Positions 59,542 through 64,000 of a stretch of 64,000 nucleotides of DNA are shown here, piece by piece; position 1 is the stretch's first letter; each line of letters starts with the position of its first letter. The DNA comes from Promethearchaeota archaeon. GTDB taxonomy: Archaea; Asgardarchaeota; Lokiarchaeia; Sigyniarchaeales; SOKP01. The position numbers were made by a program, and so were the translations under genes. Under the pieces are notes generated by a model, which saw only the letters and a list, made by a program, of their open reading frames with translations, was not told the DNA's origin and did not search any database. The stretch spans positions 5,972-69,971 of the forward strand of contig JBHLNF010000011.1 of the NCBI GenBank assembly GCA_048937405.1, given 5' to 3'.

Positions 59542-60234
59542 TTAGATTGATATGAATTCTCGTTCGGCAGGACCCTCTTTATTAATCACAACAATATCAA
59601 TCCCATTACCACTCGCCATATCACGTATAATTGAAGAGGACACCGCTTTTTTTACGATTTCTTTGCCTTCTTCAATTGTTAAATTATCTTTATATCTTGC
59701 TTCTAAAACACCATATGAGAAATTTTGACCACTTCCGACAGCGCAGTATTTCTCAGGTAAAATGGACCCATAAGCACTAATATCTAAAAGAACTGGACCT
59801 TCTTCTTCTGTAACTCCCCCTAAAATAAGTCCTACTTCAAAGGGAAACATTTTGTTTTGATATAAGATATTGGATAGTAATTTGGCAGCAGATTTTACTA
59901 ATATTGGTTTATTATCATGAGCCAATTGATATATAGTAGTTTCCGCACGCAAAATATCCACTAAGTATAAGGCGTCTGCAACTCCTCCAGCAATGGTCAT
60001 CCAGAGGTGTTCTTGGAGTTTATGGACTTTTTCAGCAGTTTTACTTGCTACAAAGTATGCCATTGAAGCTCTCTTATCTGCTCCTAAAATAATAGCGTCT
60101 TTACATGTTAAACCAACTGTTGTAGTACCCGTTTTTAACGTATGAGTATTAATTTGCTGTTTTTTCTGTAATTTTAATGCTGAATTCTTCATAAATTCAG
60201 ATTTAATTAGCTTTAATAAATCTTCTTTACTCAT
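59542..60234 (-). CDS. psmB: proteasome beta subunit with propeptide
   Basis: KTG/TTTVG processing site, ADKRAS, AGGVAD, GSG, RDMASG. Confidence 0.96.
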   Translation of the reverse strand: MSKEDLLKLIKSEFMKNSALKLQKKQQINTHTLKTGTTTVGLTCKDAIILGADKRASMAYFVASKTAEKVHKLQEHLWMTIAGGVADALYLVDILRAETTIYQLAHDNKPILVKSAAKLLSNILYQNKMFPFEVGLILGGVTEEEGPVLLDISAYGSILPEKYCAVGSGQNFSYGVLEARYKDNLTIEEGKEIVKKAVSSSIIRDMASGNGIDIVVINKEGPAEREFISI

Positions 60235-60397
60235 AATTTCATTAAAGAACTCTTGTTTTTATAATTTTTTTTAATTTTTTATCAATTTTTTCTAAAGGTG
60301 CTCAAGTAGTTATATATAATTATGACGTTTAAATTTAGATATTATCACTCAACTTAAAGACAATACTTTTAAAATAAGTATAAATACTATTTTTTAA

Positions 60398-61333
60398 ATG
60401 GCTGAGTTAGTTTGGTTTATTTTAATTTTTGTTGTCATATTCACTTGGGCAATAGCATCTCTAGTTTATAAAAGAGGATTGGAAAAAACACAGCCAAAAG
60501 CTAATTTATTCTTTAGATTATGTTGTACAAGTTTAGGAACCTTTATGTTCTCTTTAATTTTAGGAAATTATAATATTCTTGGAGATTTAACTAATTTAGA
60601 AATAATTTCCTATCTGATGGCTTGCCTAATATCAGGACTAAGTGTTACAATTGGAGATTTGTTGTATTATATGTCATTAAAAAAAATTGATGCCTCGCGT
60701 ACCTATCCTCTCGTTCAAACATCGCTAATTTTTGTAATTTTTTTCTCTATCTTCTTGTATAATGAAAATATCACCTATTCCATCCTTATCGGAAGTATAT
60801 TAATCCTTTTAAGCATTTTCATATTAAGTACAAAAGATAAAACAGAAAAAAATGATCTAAAGACAAGCCTAAAAGAAAAAATCTCAGAAGATTTAATTAT
60901 TGGTGTGATATTAGCAATTGGTACAGCATTTTTTTGGGCGCTCGCATATATTTCATTAAATCAAGCAAGGCTTTTAACTGGAGATGTGTTTATATCTAAC
61001 TTTTTTAGAGTAGGTTTTGGAATGATCGCAATAGCAATATTGGGGATATTTCAACGTGAATATTATGGAGGATTTAAAAAAGAAAATCGTAAAAATTTAA
61101 AATTCTATGCCTACATTGGAATAGCAGGAATAATTTCTTTAGGTTTTGCTGATGCTATATATATAAAAGCAGCAGAAATCAATGGGTTGATATTGACATC
61201 AGCATTTACAATTAATACACCAATGGTTCAACAGATCCTTTCAATTCTTTTTTTAAAAGAAAAATTTCGGAAAAGGTTTATAATTGCTGTCATTCTCATT
61301 ATTATTGGCAATTATATTATTTTATTTTTATAA
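60398..61333 (+). CDS. DMT/EamA family transporter
   Basis: Two 5-TM repeats, SLKKIDASR, FLYNE/FLKE motifs. Confidence 0.88.
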   Translation: MAELVWFILIFVVIFTWAIASLVYKRGLEKTQPKANLFFRLCCTSLGTFMFSLILGNYNILGDLTNLEIISYLMACLISGLSVTIGDLLYYMSLKKIDASRTYPLVQTSLIFVIFFSIFLYNENITYSILIGSILILLSIFILSTKDKTEKNDLKTSLKEKISEDLIIGVILAIGTAFFWALAYISLNQARLLTGDVFISNFFRVGFGMIAIAILGIFQREYYGGFKKENRKNLKFYAYIGIAGIISLGFADAIYIKAAEINGLILTSAFTINTPMVQQILSILFLKEKFRKRFIIAVILIIIGNYIILFL

Positions 61334-61455
61334 TATAAGCAAATTATTTTTCTTGATATTCTGAAAACTTAGAGTATTATCTAGTAAAAATTAAAAATAC
61401 TGGAAATTATTATATTTAATTAATTTGTAAAAAAATTCTTTTATAATAAGAATCC

Positions 61456-62127
61456 ATGTCTCTTGAAGATTTAATAGGTAAAAATAAGATAAAAGCTGAT
61501 GATTATATTATTATTTTCATGATTGGAAGTTATTTACTCTTTGCTTTATTTTTCCATTTAGAGGCACTTGTATGTATTATATTTTATCCTTTTGCATCTC
61601 TTGGGATTTGTGGCGTTTTAAAAATTATAAATGCACTTAATAAAAGAAATCATGGTGGACATGTAAATGAAAATATGATTTTAGTTGGTATAATTTATAT
61701 CATATTATCAATTCTATTTTCAACTTTTATATTATCACAACCTAATATAACATCACATATCGTAATCTCAATAATTTCATATCCTTTATTGGTTGTTGGA
61801 TGTGCTGGAATTATTAAAGGTATGCTAATTGAGATATATTCAATTCGGTATAGAATAATTAATATCCTCATAGGCCTTTTTACAATAATCGTATGTTCTT
61901 TTGCCTTTTTTTCTGTAGTGAGCAGTCTTTTAATTAATATGATTATATTTTCTATAGTATTTTTTTTGAATGTTCTAAGTAGAGCAGCGCTATATTTAAG
62001 TGAGTATGGCTTATCTCTTCGCCACTTAACAAATCTTAAACTCTTTTTCTATATAATATCAGACTATATTATATGTATAGATGCAAATGGAGATGTTGTA
62101 CTAAGTAAAATAAATTTAACTATTTAA
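61456..62127 (+). CDS. membrane protein of unknown function
   Basis: About 6 hydrophobic segments. Confidence 0.65.
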   Translation: MSLEDLIGKNKIKADDYIIIFMIGSYLLFALFFHLEALVCIIFYPFASLGICGVLKIINALNKRNHGGHVNENMILVGIIYIILSILFSTFILSQPNITSHIVISIISYPLLVVGCAGIIKGMLIEIYSIRYRIINILIGLFTIIVCSFAFFSVVSSLLINMIIFSIVFFLNVLSRAALYLSEYGLSLRHLTNLKLFFYIISDYIICIDANGDVVLSKINLTI

Positions 62128-62319
62128 TGTATTTTGCTTTGTATTCCAATTTATGAATATTTGTGGATGATCTATAGTAGAGTGATTCTTTATGTTTAGA
62201 ACTCTTAGAATATATAATCTAAAATTTTATTTAAAAAAGCAAAAATTATATCTAATCCTATTACTTAATTAAGTTTACTAAACTAAAATTTTCAAACTAG
62301 ACCAAAAAACATTCCAATT

Positions 62320-63435
62320 ATGACAGATATTCATTTTAATAAAGAAAAAGGTTCACAGCTTAAATTATTCACTCCAGGTCCTGTTTATGTTCCTGAAAGA
62401 GTCTTAAAGGAAATGGCTAAGCCAAATGATACACATAGATCTAAAGCCTACTCAGAAATGCATCAAATGGTGGCAGAAGGTCTTCAGAAATTATTATATA
62501 CAAAAAATGAGTGTTTAATTTTTACATCGAGTGCAACAGGGATAATGGAGGCTTGTGTGAGAAATCTAATTAAAGATGATGAAAAAGGATTATTTTTTTC
62601 AGTTGGGGCTTTTGGAGATCGATGGTATGAGATTGGGGTATCAAATGGAAAAACTTCAATTAAAGAAGGTGTTGAATGGGGGAAAGGGATATCTTCTGAA
62701 ATTACTCAAAAGGTATTAAACAAAGATAATTATTCAGTTGTCTTTATTCAAGCTAATGAAACTTCAACTGGGGTATATAACCCTATTGATGAAATAGCTC
62801 CAATTATCAAAGATTCAGGAGCTTTATTATGTGTAGATGCTACATCATCAATGGCAGGGGTAAAATTAGAAGTTGATAAATTAGGAATAGATGTTGCTTT
62901 AGCATCTGTTCAAAAATGCTTTGCTTTACCACCAGGACTAGCAGTTTGTTCTGTTTCCACTGCTGCTTTTGAAAAAGCAGAGAATGTGAAAAATAGAGGT
63001 TTATACTTTGATTTGATTGAAATGAAAAAAAGACACGTTGCCAAATATCAAACTCCAACTACTCCACCTATACCACAAATACGAGGTCTAACAGCACAAT
63101 TAGATTTTATGCTAAATGAAGAAGGTTTAGAAAAGAGATTTGAGAGACATGAACAACTTGCAAAACAAACTCGAAAATGGGTTCATGAGAATAGCCTAGA
63201 AATGTTTCCAGAGAATGGATTTGAGTCAAATACCGTATCAACTATAAAGAATTCATTAAATTTAGATCTTCCAAGAATGATCTCCATGCTTCTGGGAAAA
63301 GGTTACCGAATTGTGAATGGGTATGGACAGCTCGCAAACAAAACCTTTAGAATTGGTCATATGGGAGAAATTCAAATCAAAGAAATTGATAAAATGTTAA
63401 AAGTACTTACAGACATCATTAGTGACCTGAAATAA
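62320..63435 (+). CDS. class V PLP aminotransferase (serine-glyoxylate/archaeal SerC-like)
   Basis: LFTPGP, NETSTGV, VDATSS, SVQKCFALPPG, FRIGHMG; upstream of serA. Confidence 0.92.
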   Translation: MTDIHFNKEKGSQLKLFTPGPVYVPERVLKEMAKPNDTHRSKAYSEMHQMVAEGLQKLLYTKNECLIFTSSATGIMEACVRNLIKDDEKGLFFSVGAFGDRWYEIGVSNGKTSIKEGVEWGKGISSEITQKVLNKDNYSVVFIQANETSTGVYNPIDEIAPIIKDSGALLCVDATSSMAGVKLEVDKLGIDVALASVQKCFALPPGLAVCSVSTAAFEKAENVKNRGLYFDLIEMKKRHVAKYQTPTTPPIPQIRGLTAQLDFMLNEEGLEKRFERHEQLAKQTRKWVHENSLEMFPENGFESNTVSTIKNSLNLDLPRMISMLLGKGYRIVNGYGQLANKTFRIGHMGEIQIKEIDKMLKVLTDIISDLK

Positions 63436-63571
63436 CAAAAATTATTATCAGTTTTTTTTTTATTAAAACAATCCTTAATTTGACTTGTGTCTTATTAAAT
63501 TAAGAAAAACTCATTAAAAATTGAAACCTAAAAATAGATTCAAGTAATTAAAATCAATTTGTGTGATATAC

Positions 63572-64000
63572 ATGAAAATATTAATTACTGATAAAATGCA
63601 AGATATAGGTATTAAAATATTTGAAGAAAATGGATTTGAAGTTACAAAAAACTTTACAATTACTAAAGAAGAATTGAGACAGAAAATTGGGGACTATGAT
63701 GTTGTTGTCGTACGTTCAAGAACAAAATTAACTGCTGACATATTAGAAAATGCCAAGAATCTGAAAGTTATTGGAAGGTCTGGAGTAGGATTAGATAATA
63801 TAGATCAAAAAAAGGCTGCTGAACTGAATATAGAAATTTTTAATACACCAGAAGCACCAGCCGTTTCAGTTGGAGAATTTGCATTAGCATTAATGTTAAC
63901 TTTGGCTAGAAGAATATCTTATGCCGATCGTACGACCCATGAAGCTCAATGGAATAAAAATGAGTGTTTAGGATATACTTTAGAAGGAAAAAAACTTGGA
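63572..64000 (+). CDS. serA: D-3-phosphoglycerate dehydrogenase (runs off window end)
   Basis: MKILITD...VVRSRTK...IGRSGVGLDNID...NTP...LEGKKLG. Confidence 0.88.
   Translation, partial: MKILITDKMQDIGIKIFEENGFEVTKNFTITKEELRQKIGDYDVVVVRSRTKLTADILENAKNLKVIGRSGVGLDNIDQKKAAELNIEIFNTPEAPAVSVGEFALALMLTLARRISYADRTTHEAQWNKNECLGYTLEGKKLG

Noticed and set aside
757-63058. Many short ORF-track entries antisense to long genes (e.g. 3480-3740, 9656-10009, 10830-11171, 29756-30289, 31430-31837, 45812-46195, 55912-56136)
   Set aside because: Shadow frames of well-supported genes on the opposite strand, with low-complexity S/F/I/L composition and no motifs

Overview
AT-rich archaeal window, most likely from Asgard archaea (Lokiarchaeia-like). 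This rests on aCPSF1, a proteasome beta subunit, an EF-2 paralog without the diphthamide loop, longin/roadblock/gelsolin/PCI-type proteins, INO1 surrounded by ITPK1-like ATP-grasp kinases and a tRNA with two BHB introns. The main finding is a ~14-15 kb chemosensory cluster (cheW, cheY, cheA, a CheW-CheC-CheC fusion, cheD, cheC, two cheB). Within this window it has no MCP, cheR, cheF or archaellum genes. Instead it carries a gelsolin-domain (actin-regulator) gene, a longin-domain gene, a truncated roadblock gene missed by the ORF track, a divergent Zn/roadblock-like gene and two unknown genes, which suggests a Che pathway wired to the actin cytoskeleton or small-GTPase machinery. Other observations: an inositol-phosphate locus ending in a HAD phosphatase with a poly-lysine heptad tail; a pair of coiled-coil paralogs that both appear to start at ATT; a Zn-finger/UFL1-PCI-like/appendage-domain protein; a duplicated SECIS/K-turn-like element flanking a small ORF with an in-frame TGA; and an unannotated ~140-nt hairpin. 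All family assignments come from reading motifs by eye; no searches were run.
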